64,000 bases of DNA. Source: a virus. Positions 1 through 9,700 of this stretch are shown piece after piece (positions within the stretch are counted from its first letter, which is position 1; every line of letters starts with the position of its first letter). The DNA lies in the IMG/VR virus record IMGVR_UViG_3300012036_000004, positions 1 through 64,000 of that record; one strand, given 5' to 3'. Made by a program: the position numbers and the translations under genes. Below the pieces are notes generated by a model. That model was not told the origin of the DNA, ran no database searches, and worked only from the letters and a program-made list of their open reading frames with translations.

Positions 1-134
1 CCGCCGAAAAGCGAGCGTCCGAGCAGGAATTAGATGTTCGCGAATTCGATCGTCCCATCACCTGCTAAAACGATATGGCAAATGGGTGGGAAGTTCGACA
101 GTACGACGCAGAAAAGCTGGCTGAGCTACTCTGT

Positions 135-569
135 TCAGCCGCCGCGGGCGTCGAACGTCGTCGCTTCCGCTACGACTGCGCCGATGGTCGTCACGACCGT
201 GGCCGCGCTTTCAGTGGGCGTTTCACTCGCCGTGGTGTCGAGGACGACCCAGTTCTGTCCGGTAGGAACCGTGATGTCGGTGTGCACGGCAGAGCGGAAC
301 AAGAATCGATGCTCTTCGATGTCATCGACTTCGACTGCAATCTGCTGGAGTCCTCGCTTCTTGGCAGAGCCGATCGACGTGACGGTGTCGATGTCCTCGA
401 ACCAATCTCCGGCGCTGTCCGCATTGAGGATTCGCTTGAGCTGTGACCTGAGGCCGTTGAGATCTCCTTCGATACTGACGGGAGCTGACTCGAGAGTCGC
501 CCCGGCTCCTACGGTATCGTCGTAGAGATCAGAGTTGAGAAGCTAGGTTTCTTGTCGAATTTGGGTCAC
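135..569 (-). pseudogene. Virion structural-type gene interrupted by an in-frame TAG and apparently 3'-truncated (not in ORF track)
   Basis: AGGAG RBS, GTG at 569. Reads MTQIRQET*(TAG 543-545)LLNSDLYDDTVGAGATLESAPVSIEGDLNGLRSQLKRIL...FDARGG*(TGA 135-137). Protein-like composition continues after the TAG. Confidence 0.6.
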
Positions 570-634
570 AACATGCTCCTACAACGGGTGGGGTAGAGGT
601 GCGTCTATGATACGGAAAAACGAGCGGACTGCAA

Positions 635-1330
635 TCACGTGTAGTACACCACTTCGAGCCAATCCCCTGCCCGAACGCCCTGGTTGGCGGTGATGGTTAC
701 CGTGTCGCCTGACACAGTGTAGTCGTAACTGCCTCCTTCGCGAAGACCCACTCCGTTTAGGGCGACACGAATGCCGCCGCCTGCAGGAGTGCCGGCTACG
801 GTGTGCGTCTTGTCTCCGGAGCCTGTGATGTCAAAGACCTCGACGTTGGGCGCTGTGCCTGTTCCGCCACCACCGCCGCCGCCCACTCCTTCGGCGAGCC
901 TCAGCCACTGCGTTCCGCTGTAGAGATAGACCTGGTTTCCGTACCCGGCATCGATGGAGTCGTTTGTAGACGCGCCGTCGATGAGCCGACCATTTCGGTT
1001 GACGATGATCTCGTTGCCGACCGCCGCTGCGCCGCCTTCATCTTTGACGACAATGTACTGACCTTCGAAAGGGGAGCTCGGCAGAAAAACATTGTACGGA
1101 CCGGCAAGCGGTATTGTGTCGACCAGGACAAACGCGTCCTTGTCTGGGATTGTGTACGAGGTAGAGCTTGTGTGGAGGACCTCGACGATCTCCCAAAGAT
1201 CCATGTACTCACGGACGTGCTCCGTCCAGTGATGGAAGATGTCGTGCCAGAACGGTCGCGGCTTCTTCCACACTCGCTTGATGAGGGAAGCCGCAATTTG
1301 GTGCCCCAACTTACGCGGATCATTAGCCAT
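635..1330 (-). CDS. Putative virion/tail-fibre-associated protein
   Basis: Beta-rich T/D/G composition; LPSSP..G..IVVKDEGG..A...I.V..NG..IDG module; poly-Gly linker; C-terminal VALNGVGL..G..YDYT module. Confidence 0.6.
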   Translation of the reverse strand: MANDPRKLGHQIAASLIKRVWKKPRPFWHDIFHHWTEHVREYMDLWEIVEVLHTSSTSYTIPDKDAFVLVDTIPLAGPYNVFLPSSPFEGQYIVVKDEGGAAAVGNEIIVNRNGRLIDGASTNDSIDAGYGNQVYLYSGTQWLRLAEGVGGGGGGGTGTAPNVEVFDITGSGDKTHTVAGTPAGGGIRVALNGVGLREGGSYDYTVSGDTVTITANQGVRAGDWLEVVYYT

Positions 1331-1375
1331 GGAGGGATCGTGGTAGAAGAGGCTGTGATTCGCAACGGAGGTTAC

Positions 1376-1855
1376 ATGAATCGCCTGAAGTCTTCACCCC
1401 CAAATCTGCTGGAGTCTCTTGTATATGCCCGAGTAGCGGAACGATTACAGACACTGAAGAACCTCGAGTACAGTGAAGCCATTTCCTGGGCCGCGAACAA
1501 CGACGCCGACGACCTCAATGTTGTTGTGTTATGTCACCGCTGTGACATTGGCGAGCTCGAGGATAAGTTCGAGCTCGATCCCGCCGAGTACCACATAGAG
1601 TACCCGGCAACGCTCTCGGACGCACGGGGATGTATTCTGTGCAATGCGCCCGTGAAGTATCACATGCGCTCCCATGCGATACCGACATTTTTCAAATGGA
1701 CGACGCGGCTTCGCGACGCAGGGTCCGGAGTACCAGCGTCGTATTGGATCTCGGTGCTGGCAGTCTTGGAAGGTGCGAACGACGAGGTACTTAACTCGGT
1801 TGGATACGAGCTGTTCCTGCATGCGGTCCTTGACCTCGACCTTCTACAGCCGTAA
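1376..1855 (+). CDS. Hypothetical protein with CxxC...CxxC (possible Zn ribbon)
   Basis: GGAGG RBS before ATG 1376 inside track ORF 803-1855; LCHRC and CILC motifs. Confidence 0.65.
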   Translation: MNRLKSSPPNLLESLVYARVAERLQTLKNLEYSEAISWAANNDADDLNVVVLCHRCDIGELEDKFELDPAEYHIEYPATLSDARGCILCNAPVKYHMRSHAIPTFFKWTTRLRDAGSGVPASYWISVLAVLEGANDEVLNSVGYELFLHAVLDLDLLQP

Positions 1856-1906
1856 TTTTTTCGCGAGGGTGCGCGGTCGATGGGCCGCACTACAAATGAC
1901 CTGCCT

Positions 1907-2458
1907 ATGCGGTGCTTTTCTTGGGAGACAGGCGAACTTCGACCTGGTCTCCTCATTTCTGGAGCGACAGAGCGAGGCCTGTTCTGTGCGTTGGGCGACC
2001 CCGACACACCGGGGCCCGCTACACGTGTACCTTTCCACCAGAAAAATCCGCCTACAGTGGAAAACGGACGCGTCTACGAGGCATTTCCTTTCTGGGTTCG
2101 CCCCAAGTCAGCGAAGAGATTCCTGGTACTGGCGCAGCCTCACGAAAAACACCTCGACGACGCAAGGTGTTTGCTGAACATCTCGACTTACAACCCCGAA
2201 ACATTCGGTGGCCGAGGGTTCTGGCGAGCGACAGAAGGACGCACCAACACGCTCGTCACCGGTCTCACGTACTACAGCGACGCACATGAACGCGAGGCCA
2301 TCGCCAGCCACGGTCTGGTAATTCTGGACCCTACACAGATTCTTCGCGTTCGACCCGAGGGGTCCGACCAACATTGGGCAGTGCGCCTCGTTGATGGTAC
2401 GCTTCAGTCTGATCCGTGGGAACAATATCAGGCCGCGCTTTACCTGGAGACACGATGA
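1907..2458 (+). CDS. Hypothetical protein
   Basis: Part of track ORF 1880-2458; ATGA overlap with next gene; start uncertain. Confidence 0.6.
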   Translation: MRCFSWETGELRPGLLISGATERGLFCALGDPDTPGPATRVPFHQKNPPTVENGRVYEAFPFWVRPKSAKRFLVLAQPHEKHLDDARCLLNISTYNPETFGGRGFWRATEGRTNTLVTGLTYYSDAHEREAIASHGLVILDPTQILRVRPEGSDQHWAVRLVDGTLQSDPWEQYQAALYLETR

Positions 2459-3111
2459 ACAAGCTCGCAAATGCAATCATGGGATACGGAGGCGCATCTG
2501 GAGGCGCCGGCAAAGGGACCACGCCGACAAGCCTCGCCGCCAATGCACCCGCGGCCTCCATGCCAACCACAGCACCAGCGGCAAAAGGGCTGGGGCCTGT
2601 CTCAGGTTCTCCGCCTGTTCCGCCTGCGTCGCCACGGCCTCCTTCACCTACCGCACCGGCTGGTGAGATGATTACGCCGGCGGCCAACCTTCCCAAGCCC
2701 GTCACACCGAGCACAGCTTCGGGTCCTCCCTCAGGGACGCCGGGGTCTAAGATGACGTTCGCCTCCCTCAAAGAAGCGCAAGAGGCGGCGCGAGCTGTAC
2801 TCGCTTCGTGCGACGACGAGGACGAGGACGATATGACATCTGGAGAAGGTGAGAGACCAGACAACAGCCCCAGCGAAGCAGAGGAGTCTGGCGAGCCCCC
2901 GTCTCCCACGGTTTCCACGACGCCGCAGATGGCGCAACGAAACGTCACCGCGGCTGAGCAGCTCCGTGAGAGTCTTCTACGCTCAGAGATGCCTGCATCG
3001 ATGCGGCCGATCGAGCCTCCGAAGCCCCCGAAACCCCCAAAGCCCTTCAAGCCGCAGAAACCTGGGACAACAAAGGACTTCCGTCTGGGGTCAACTGCGG
3101 GTACGATCTGA
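2455..3111 (+). CDS. Pro/Ser-rich disordered hypothetical protein
   Basis: GGAG RBS, ATGA coupling, starts MNKLA; PPKPPK repeats. Confidence 0.6.
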   Translation: MNKLANAIMGYGGASGGAGKGTTPTSLAANAPAASMPTTAPAAKGLGPVSGSPPVPPASPRPPSPTAPAGEMITPAANLPKPVTPSTASGPPSGTPGSKMTFASLKEAQEAARAVLASCDDEDEDDMTSGEGERPDNSPSEAEESGEPPSPTVSTTPQMAQRNVTAAEQLRESLLRSEMPASMRPIEPPKPPKPPKPFKPQKPGTTKDFRLGSTAGTI

Positions 3112-3137
3112 TCGATTTCACCTACGGCGGTGCCTTT

Positions 3138-3431
3138 ATGAGTTCAGCAAGTCGAAGCGATCTGGTTCAGTACATACAAGAAGCCCTGGGATGCACACGC
3201 GCAGATGCGCGAAGCTCTCTGGAGGCAGTGCTGGATGGCATTCAATTTCATCTGGTCGACGGACAGAAGGTCGCCTTCTCGGGCTTCGGTACGTTCCAAC
3301 CGTACGAGCGAGGGCCGCTTCGTCGGTACGATATGAACACGGGCAAGACGCGCACGCTGGATGCTCGTATGCGCATCAAGTTCACGCCGAGCCCGAAGCT
3401 TCTGGACACGCTTGAGGCTGTCGATGGATGA
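3138..3431 (+). CDS. HU/IHF-like DNA-binding protein
   Basis: SDLVQYI N-terminal helix; V.FSGFGTF; arm YDMNTGK; IKFTPSPKL, all typical of the HU family. Confidence 0.9.
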   Translation: MSSASRSDLVQYIQEALGCTRADARSSLEAVLDGIQFHLVDGQKVAFSGFGTFQPYERGPLRRYDMNTGKTRTLDARMRIKFTPSPKLLDTLEAVDG

Positions 3432-3642
3432 GGTGGCCAACGCAATGGCTCGCTACACGAACGCAGGACGCGCTCTGTACATGGCGCACCTGCATGCGAC
3501 TCGCGCAGGGCAGCCCGTCAGCAAATCTGAGAAAGCAAAGCTGCAGAAGGAAGTGCAGCAGGCTTCGGAGCACCTACTGAAGGTCTGCAGCCTGGAGGCG
3601 GTGTCAGAGTCGGAACTGCTTCAGGCGTTGATCTCCGAATAG
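3424..3642 (+). CDS. Small helical hypothetical protein (72 aa)
   Basis: GAGG upstream; ATG overlaps end of HU gene; lies within track ORF 3361-3642. Confidence 0.6.
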   Translation: MDEVANAMARYTNAGRALYMAHLHATRAGQPVSKSEKAKLQKEVQQASEHLLKVCSLEAVSESELLQALISE

Positions 3643-3655
3643 TGACCCCCGTTTA

Positions 3656-3699
3656 CGGTATAAGATAATGATAGCGACACACAGCATTGGCTGAGTCGC
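3656..3699 (+). promoter_or_regulatory. Phage promoter motif copy 1 plus leader hairpin
   Basis: CGGTATAAGATAATGATA followed by GCGAC..CAGC-ATTG-GCTG..GTCGC hairpin; motif recurs at 41834 and 42214. Confidence 0.65.
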
Positions 3700-3739
3700 A
3701 ACATTCATCCGTATCACCACCCTAAACAGGGAGCACACC

Positions 3740-3835
3740 ATGTACACGCACACCCACCGAACTCCGACGAACATCATCATCATCGACGTAGCACAGCCGT
3801 GGCTCGAGATTGAGCCACCGGACGATGAAAAATGA
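3740..3835 (+). CDS. 31-aa microprotein MYTHTHRTPTNIIIIDVAQPWLEIEPPDDEK
   Basis: AGGGAG RBS directly downstream of the promoter motif; below ORF-track cutoff. Confidence 0.45.
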   Translation: MYTHTHRTPTNIIIIDVAQPWLEIEPPDDEK

Positions 3836-3887
3836 AACTGAGGAGGAGGTGTCGGGTACAGGGTTTACTGCGTAAACACCGTGGGCT

Positions 3888-4421
3888 CTACTGAGCTCGT
3901 TCGGCTCGCGCTTTGGCGGCGAGACGCTCCCGCTCCTCCTCCTGCTTTTTCGCAAGAGCCCGCTTCGCAGACGCACTCTGCGGCTTCGGGCCCATGTCCT
4001 TGAACACGGAGGCGGCGTCATGCGTCACCGTCGTGCCACCGACCGGCCGACTGAACTGGTCGAGCTCGGGATTGGGCTCGTCCGCATAGCGGGTGTACGC
4101 CGATGGCTGCCAGTCGCGCGCCATGAAGTCACGCAGCGTGATCAACTGCGTATGGCTGTCCGGATGCGGGTCAGGGAACGCAGCGTCGTACCGATAGTTC
4201 GGCTCGACGACTGCGCCCTTATTTTTTGCATCCGCAACGTCTTCGGCGTTGAGAAGAGTGCGGGTGATGCGTACATCCTTGAGCTGCACGCCGTACTGCC
4301 CGATCATCTCGGCAAACCCGGCTTGCAGAAGGTCCATGGTCCCCAGCTCAATGCCGCTGTTCTCGATGAGAGCGGTGAGGATAGGGGCGAGAGGTGCGAC
4401 GTTCTCAGTATTCGTGCTCAT
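3888..4421 (-). CDS. Hypothetical protein
   Basis: ATGA-coupled start at 4421 (MSTNTEN...). Confidence 0.7.
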   Translation of the reverse strand: MSTNTENVAPLAPILTALIENSGIELGTMDLLQAGFAEMIGQYGVQLKDVRITRTLLNAEDVADAKNKGAVVEPNYRYDAAFPDPHPDSHTQLITLRDFMARDWQPSAYTRYADEPNPELDQFSRPVGGTTVTHDAASVFKDMGPKPQSASAKRALAKKQEEERERLAAKARAERAQ

Positions 4422-4825
4422 GAGGCAACTCGTGGTGAGGCCCACTTGGGGCTGGTAGGTACCGAAGTATTCTTCATCTTCCAGAGGGAGTCCGGGTCTT
4501 TTTTAGCCCGGAACATATGAGTACTATCAACACGTCGGTGCTCGAAGAACTCATAGTCGAGCCCCCGAGATACGGCCGTTGCGATGACAGCGTCTTCCCA
4601 GCCTCGCTTCCATTTCGTCAGACGAGGCTGCAGGGCGTAGCGTGTGTTTGGGTCCGACTCCTCGAACTTCACAGCGGCGGCATCGAGCTGTCGCATGCGA
4701 AGGAAGTCTCCGATGTCGTCGAGCGATATCCACGTCGTGTCTCCGCCGAGCGCCAGGGCAGCTGCCCAGGCTTTCTCAACGTGTTCTTCGGCGATCAGAT
4801 GAACCTGTCTCTTTCGCTTGGTCAT
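4418..4825 (-). CDS. Hypothetical protein
   Basis: ATGA overlaps on both sides. Confidence 0.7.
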   Translation of the reverse strand: MTKRKRQVHLIAEEHVEKAWAAALALGGDTTWISLDDIGDFLRMRQLDAAAVKFEESDPNTRYALQPRLTKWKRGWEDAVIATAVSRGLDYEFFEHRRVDSTHMFRAKKDPDSLWKMKNTSVPTSPKWASPRVAS

Positions 4826-5160
4826 ACCGGACGTCTCCCAACGTTGAGGTCTGCGCTGGTGGGAGAGCCGGACACCGTCATGGTGAACCCGAGCCGAAGC
4901 CCGTTGGGGTTGACCACCGCGAGATTAGCCGTCGCAGGATCGAGTACGAACGTATCCCCCGAGAGAAAGAACTCCGCAGCGGCTTCGTCATAGTAGTACA
5001 CGACGACCGTCATTTGCGGTGTCGTACCGCCGGCAATGTCTGCCGACAGTGCGACGTCCGTATTCAATCGAGTGTCGATGACATTCGGGTCAGTGTCTGC
5101 GACAGGCGCGGAAGCAAGGTCTGCTTCTGCAATGGTGGTCCATGTAAGTGCTTCAGCCAT
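4822..5160 (-). CDS. Small beta-rich putative virion protein
   Basis: GAGGG RBS; T/D/V-rich composition. Confidence 0.65.
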   Translation of the reverse strand: MAEALTWTTIAEADLASAPVADTDPNVIDTRLNTDVALSADIAGGTTPQMTVVVYYYDEAAAEFFLSGDTFVLDPATANLAVVNPNGLRLGFTMTVSGSPTSADLNVGRRPV

Positions 5161-5212
5161 GTGGCCCTCTTTTTATCGTAGGAACGGTATGTTCTCTACG
5201 TCGTCCGGTCAA

Positions 5213-6952
5213 CTAGCAGTCTTCGTCTCTGAGTCCGAGCTCAGTTAGCGTACGAGTCTGGTCTTCTGTCGCATCTTCATCAGCGTCCGCGTCATCACCA
5301 GGCGGATCTGATCGCTGCAGATCGGCGAGCACATCGAACCCGCCGTCGGGTTCGCCCAGGAACAAGGATAGCAGATCGACGAACGCTTGAACCGCGCCAG
5401 GTGTTTCGGCGCCGGTAACAAAGAACAGCGCAGACAGGGCTTCGTCGCCATCGTCAAACGGGGGCCGGTTGACAGTCTGTGGGTCGAGCAGCAGGTCGCC
5501 CATCGTCTTCACCAGGAACGGTGTGCCGCCCTGTCCGGAGAACGTCGTAGTCCACACTCCGACGTCGATGTTCTCGAGCGTCGAAAGGAACCTCTCCACC
5601 AGGTTAGACAACGCGTCTTGTCGCAGCTGAAGACCTTCCAGGACGTCGCGGAGTTTGGCCGCGGCATCGGAGAGTGTGTTGGATCGGTCTGCAAACGCAG
5701 TTTGGTAGAGCTCGACTGCGGCGCGGACCTCATTCAACGTCTGCTGGACCTGAGGAAACGCAGCGAGCGGACTTGAGATCGCCAGCCAGTCCGGCGGCGT
5801 ACCCTCTGTGAAGCGAGTGAAGCTCAAGCGGTCTTCGCCGCGAAAGCGCACCTGCCCACTCAGGGTTTCCCAGGTAGGTACGATCGGTACCACCTGCTCC
5901 GCGCGACGATCTTCAACGTCAACCGTGTAAGCTGCGCTGATGTAGTAGGTCGTGCCGGGGCGTAGCTTCTGCAAGATGAGTCCGCTCACGTCCCCGACGA
6001 CGACCGCATTCTCAAACTCGCGCTTCTGCTCGTCACTGAAGTTGCTCGGCGTGACCTCGAAGGACGCGACCTCGTACTGGGTGATCTCTTCGCCTGCCTT
6101 TATCTTCTCGTGAGGCTTCACGAAGACATGCCAGGACCGAATCGTGTAGGTCAGTGATCCGAACAGGACGTCGAACAGCACGGTCTTGGGTGGGTCCCAG
6201 AACACCTTTGCGGAGACGAACTCAGGGAGAGAAGGCCGGCTCAGAACCGGCACGAATCCCTGGCTTTCTTCAGGCTCGTCGCCGCTGATAGAGTCGGTGA
6301 CGACCTCGAACCCGTTGACGACACTTCGCTTCATCGTGGCCACCGGGCGAGCCTTGATGTTCTGCGGTACGGGGAGTTGGTAGTTGTCTACCGGAAGAGA
6401 GACGGCATCGCCGAACAGCGCGGACACGGATAGCATCCCGGATATGATCTCGGCGAAGCTCTCGGCTCCGAACAGGATGACGCCTCCACCGACGTACGCA
6501 TCCGGGGAGTACTCAGGACGGGAGAAGTCTCCGCGGTCAAACAGCGACTCTACGAACTTTCGATACATGCCGTAGTTCCCGCCGTCGGCGACGAGCTCAG
6601 ACGAGACGCCACGGACCATACGTACGTACGCGATGTTCTCCAGACCCTGCAACGGAACGCGCGGCGTGGCGGGTTGCCGAGAGAACGGTGCGATAGGAGG
6701 CACAAACATCAGGTGCCCGGCAGACTGCGCGGTGAGGTCTTCGAGCGCAGCCAGCGCGACCTCGAAGGCTGCGTCGATTGCCTGCGCCTGGACGTCGATG
6801 CCCTGCTGCAGTGCGGCCACGATATCCAGCACCGTTGCTGTCGCACTGACGAAGGGCTGGATGATTTGACCACCAGCATCCAACGCGTCGATCGCCGCCA
6901 GGATAGGGTCGAGACCGTTGAAGGACAGATTCTTGGTTTGCCACTCTGACAT
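5213..6952 (-). CDS. Putative baseplate-associated protein with FN3-like centre
   Basis: Adjacent to spike gene; LRPGTTYYISAAY resembles an FN3 strand; coiled-coil ends. Confidence 0.55.
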   Translation of the reverse strand: MSEWQTKNLSFNGLDPILAAIDALDAGGQIIQPFVSATATVLDIVAALQQGIDVQAQAIDAAFEVALAALEDLTAQSAGHLMFVPPIAPFSRQPATPRVPLQGLENIAYVRMVRGVSSELVADGGNYGMYRKFVESLFDRGDFSRPEYSPDAYVGGGVILFGAESFAEIISGMLSVSALFGDAVSLPVDNYQLPVPQNIKARPVATMKRSVVNGFEVVTDSISGDEPEESQGFVPVLSRPSLPEFVSAKVFWDPPKTVLFDVLFGSLTYTIRSWHVFVKPHEKIKAGEEITQYEVASFEVTPSNFSDEQKREFENAVVVGDVSGLILQKLRPGTTYYISAAYTVDVEDRRAEQVVPIVPTWETLSGQVRFRGEDRLSFTRFTEGTPPDWLAISSPLAAFPQVQQTLNEVRAAVELYQTAFADRSNTLSDAAAKLRDVLEGLQLRQDALSNLVERFLSTLENIDVGVWTTTFSGQGGTPFLVKTMGDLLLDPQTVNRPPFDDGDEALSALFFVTGAETPGAVQAFVDLLSLFLGEPDGGFDVLADLQRSDPPGDDADADEDATEDQTRTLTELGLRDEDC

Positions 6953-6953
6953 C

Positions 6954-8435
6954 TTACCCGCCGAGCTTCACGAAGTTGGAGCGGGAAAGAGGTAGCGCCC
7001 ACTGACTCGCCAGGTAAGGCGGGATAACCGGAGGCCCGGTCTGCGACGCTATCGTAGGGACGAAGTGGGTGTGCGTATCGATGAGCGCCCCGAACAGCGC
7101 CATGAACGCTTCGAGAAGCTCGTACATCACAGCACTGAAAGGGCCGACACGCGGCGCGCCCCCGATCTTGGTCATGCCTGGCCCGGCGTTGAGCTCAACT
7201 TTGCCGAGGAGGGATTGCAACGCAATACGGCCCGTCTGGGTATTTACACGGAACCCGCTCTGGGATACCTGCGCATCGCCGGCGAGCGGAGAGCCTACGT
7301 TGAAGAAGACGTCTCCGTTCGAGATGGTGAAGAGCATGGAGGGGTCGCTGCTGGTGACGTCTCCAGTCGCAGTTACGGCAGCGTTCCGCGCAGCGGAGAG
7401 GAACAGGTCATTGAGCGCTGTCATCGCAGCGTCTCCACCTGCCTGGATTCGAGCCGAGCCTCCGGCGTCGATTCCCTTGGTCCCCTCGACGGTCTCCACA
7501 GACGAGCCTGCCACGGATTCAATCTTGTCGCCGCCGATAGACGTCTGGTCCACCGAACCGATCTCAGTACGCCGGTCCTCCTCAATGATCTCTGTCTTTC
7601 GACGGGACTCGCTTTCCACGCGACCGTCGGGGTCGACATAGTGCCGGTACAACGCGCGGCCTTTTCCGTCGGTGACACGGAAGTCGACCATCTCCCCCTC
7701 ATCGCCGAGCTCACATCGGATACGGAAGTTCTCAGCGTCGGGGCTCGCTTCGGTCTCGCTATCGGCGCCTGCACGAAGCACCATGGATGTCTTGCCTTCG
7801 TCGGTCACGAACTCGAGCGAGCCTGCGCCGGTGTACAGCTGGAAGTTCTGTCCGACCAGGCGCAGAAGGTTACGAGCCTGCGTCGCAATGATTTGCGCCA
7901 GTTCGTTCGCTTTCACCACGACCACTCCGCCGGACAGCGTTCCCATCATCTGACCGAGGTCACCTAATTCAATGTGGTCGCCGGGGACGACGTCTTTGGG
8001 GAAGTTTCCGCGTTCGTTTCCTGAGCCCACGCCGGCGTACACGTTGTCTTCACCGCCTACGCCGTCCACCGGCGAGACCTGCAGGGGCGGAAGGTCGTCT
8101 TCCTCGCCTGGTGATTGCTGTACGTCAGTCGCAATCTCAACGAGAGAGGGCATCCCCATGTTGAAGTGCACGCCGAGTCGCTCGCGTCGCTTGGGGGCTC
8201 GGATGGACTGCCCGCTCTGAGGCCACGGGACGCCTTTTAGAAAGCGCCCGCCCTCTGTATAGACGTCGCACGTGTATCGATCGGGGAACACTTCGTAGAC
8301 GTAGCACCGCTCCCAGTTTTGCATCTGAGAAAACGGAGCAAAGGCATCTCCGGTGCTCCGACCCAGCGCCTGAGACGCTGAGTCGTGGTCGGAAATGCCC
8401 GTGCCGTCGAGTGGATATGGGGTGTAATTCGCCAT
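6954..8435 (-). CDS. Baseplate central spike (gpV/gp138/gp5-like)
   Basis: N-terminal OB-like region; gp5-type beta-helix repeats (RTEIGSVDQTSIGGDKIESVAG); C-terminal HxH tip (DTHTH) followed by TGPP. Confidence 0.7.
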   Translation of the reverse strand: MANYTPYPLDGTGISDHDSASQALGRSTGDAFAPFSQMQNWERCYVYEVFPDRYTCDVYTEGGRFLKGVPWPQSGQSIRAPKRRERLGVHFNMGMPSLVEIATDVQQSPGEEDDLPPLQVSPVDGVGGEDNVYAGVGSGNERGNFPKDVVPGDHIELGDLGQMMGTLSGGVVVVKANELAQIIATQARNLLRLVGQNFQLYTGAGSLEFVTDEGKTSMVLRAGADSETEASPDAENFRIRCELGDEGEMVDFRVTDGKGRALYRHYVDPDGRVESESRRKTEIIEEDRRTEIGSVDQTSIGGDKIESVAGSSVETVEGTKGIDAGGSARIQAGGDAAMTALNDLFLSAARNAAVTATGDVTSSDPSMLFTISNGDVFFNVGSPLAGDAQVSQSGFRVNTQTGRIALQSLLGKVELNAGPGMTKIGGAPRVGPFSAVMYELLEAFMALFGALIDTHTHFVPTIASQTGPPVIPPYLASQWALPLSRSNFVKLGG

Positions 8436-8498
8436 GTTGCGGCCTCCAAAGTGCGTACCTCGAAAGTAGCCGCCAGCGGACGAATAGCCAAGCTTCCT

Positions 8499-9242
8499 TT
8501 AGAAGTCGGCGAGGCCGTCCGGTACCGGTGCTCCGAAGCCCATGTCGTCTGTGATGACCGAGCTGGTCGACGTGACCTCCGGCGAGGAGACACCTGCGAA
8601 CTCGGATGGCGCGATCGGTCGGAGACGGTCGGCCATTCCCGACGTATTCTCCATGATTGCGTTCTGTCCGGCCGCGAAGTTCGTCGACCACGAGTTGAGC
8701 ATGCAGAGCTCGAGGTAGAAGCCCATCACCGTGTCGTGCATCACGCTTCGGAAAAGCACTGCCAGGCCGAAGGGGATGTAGAAAAGCTCGGAGTCCAGGT
8801 TGAGGAACGCCTGCTCTTCGTTCTGAACGGCAACGGGCGGGTCGCCGAAGTTCGTGATGTTGAGCTTGTTTTGAACTGCCTGCGTGTACAGCACGCGGAA
8901 CAGGTTTCGACCGTTGACCATCAGGCGACCGATGCTGAAGGTCACCTGACCTTTCCCTGCGAGGAAAAAGTTTCGACCGGAGCCGATCGCGAGCATCGGC
9001 TGGACCGGGCGCTGGTGCCCAATCTGCATCTGCTGCATCATTCCGACCGGCGTCATTACGTCTGCGAAGTCACCTCCGCCTCCGTCACCAGACTTCGGCT
9101 TTCGAGCCGGGCCTGCGAGGACGAGCGTGTTGTTGGGGTGCGCCGCCGTGAAGGACGCGTTGTCCATCAAACGCTCGACGTAATTCTGCTGAAAAGACCA
9201 CTCGTCGATACGAGTCGTTGCGTTAATTGGACCACCGGGCAT
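8499..9242 (-). CDS. Tail tube protein (putative)
   Basis: Downstream of sheath; size and VGMMQQMQIG..RPVQPMLAIGS pattern fit myovirus tube proteins. Confidence 0.6.
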   Translation of the reverse strand: MPGGPINATTRIDEWSFQQNYVERLMDNASFTAAHPNNTLVLAGPARKPKSGDGGGGDFADVMTPVGMMQQMQIGHQRPVQPMLAIGSGRNFFLAGKGQVTFSIGRLMVNGRNLFRVLYTQAVQNKLNITNFGDPPVAVQNEEQAFLNLDSELFYIPFGLAVLFRSVMHDTVMGFYLELCMLNSWSTNFAAGQNAIMENTSGMADRLRPIAPSEFAGVSSPEVTSTSSVITDDMGFGAPVPDGLADF

Positions 9243-9291
9243 GACGCTCTCTCAGTAACTGGTTTGCGCTAAAGTACCACTCTGCGCTTTG

Positions 9292-9693
9292 TTATCGCAA
9301 GGCTTTGAGCACGGCCTCTGCGCGAGACTGCGTGTCCAAATCCGTTCCAAGTGTGCGGTTAATCGTACCTTTGACCTTGTTCCCCATCGTATCAGCATCG
9401 CCTGCCAGGTGCAGGCCGGTAAGACCTGCGCCGAGAAGAGCCACTCCTGGCAATCCCAACCCGCGCTGCTGCTGCTCTTGCGACACGGAGTCCCCCATCA
9501 TGTAAGGGAGCTGTGCCATCGACATCTGCGCCAACTCATTGTAGGCGCGCTTGACGATGTTTCGCGCGGAGTCCGGAATGTCAGACGCCACTTTCGCGAC
9601 GAAGAGATCATTACGGTCGTCGTAGCCTGTCGCACTTGCGACGGCGCTACGCTGCGCGGGGGAAAGCGATGCTGTCTTGAGCCAGGGGTACAT
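9292..9693 (-). CDS. Putative head-internal protein, paralogue C
   Basis: LKTA and AKVA motifs; Gly-rich hydrophobic stretch; C-terminus resembles 9701 and 10255 ORFs. Confidence 0.6.
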   Translation of the reverse strand: MYPWLKTASLSPAQRSAVASATGYDDRNDLFVAKVASDIPDSARNIVKRAYNELAQMSMAQLPYMMGDSVSQEQQQRGLGLPGVALLGAGLTGLHLAGDADTMGNKVKGTINRTLGTDLDTQSRAEAVLKALR

Positions 9694-9700
9694 GAGTTCC

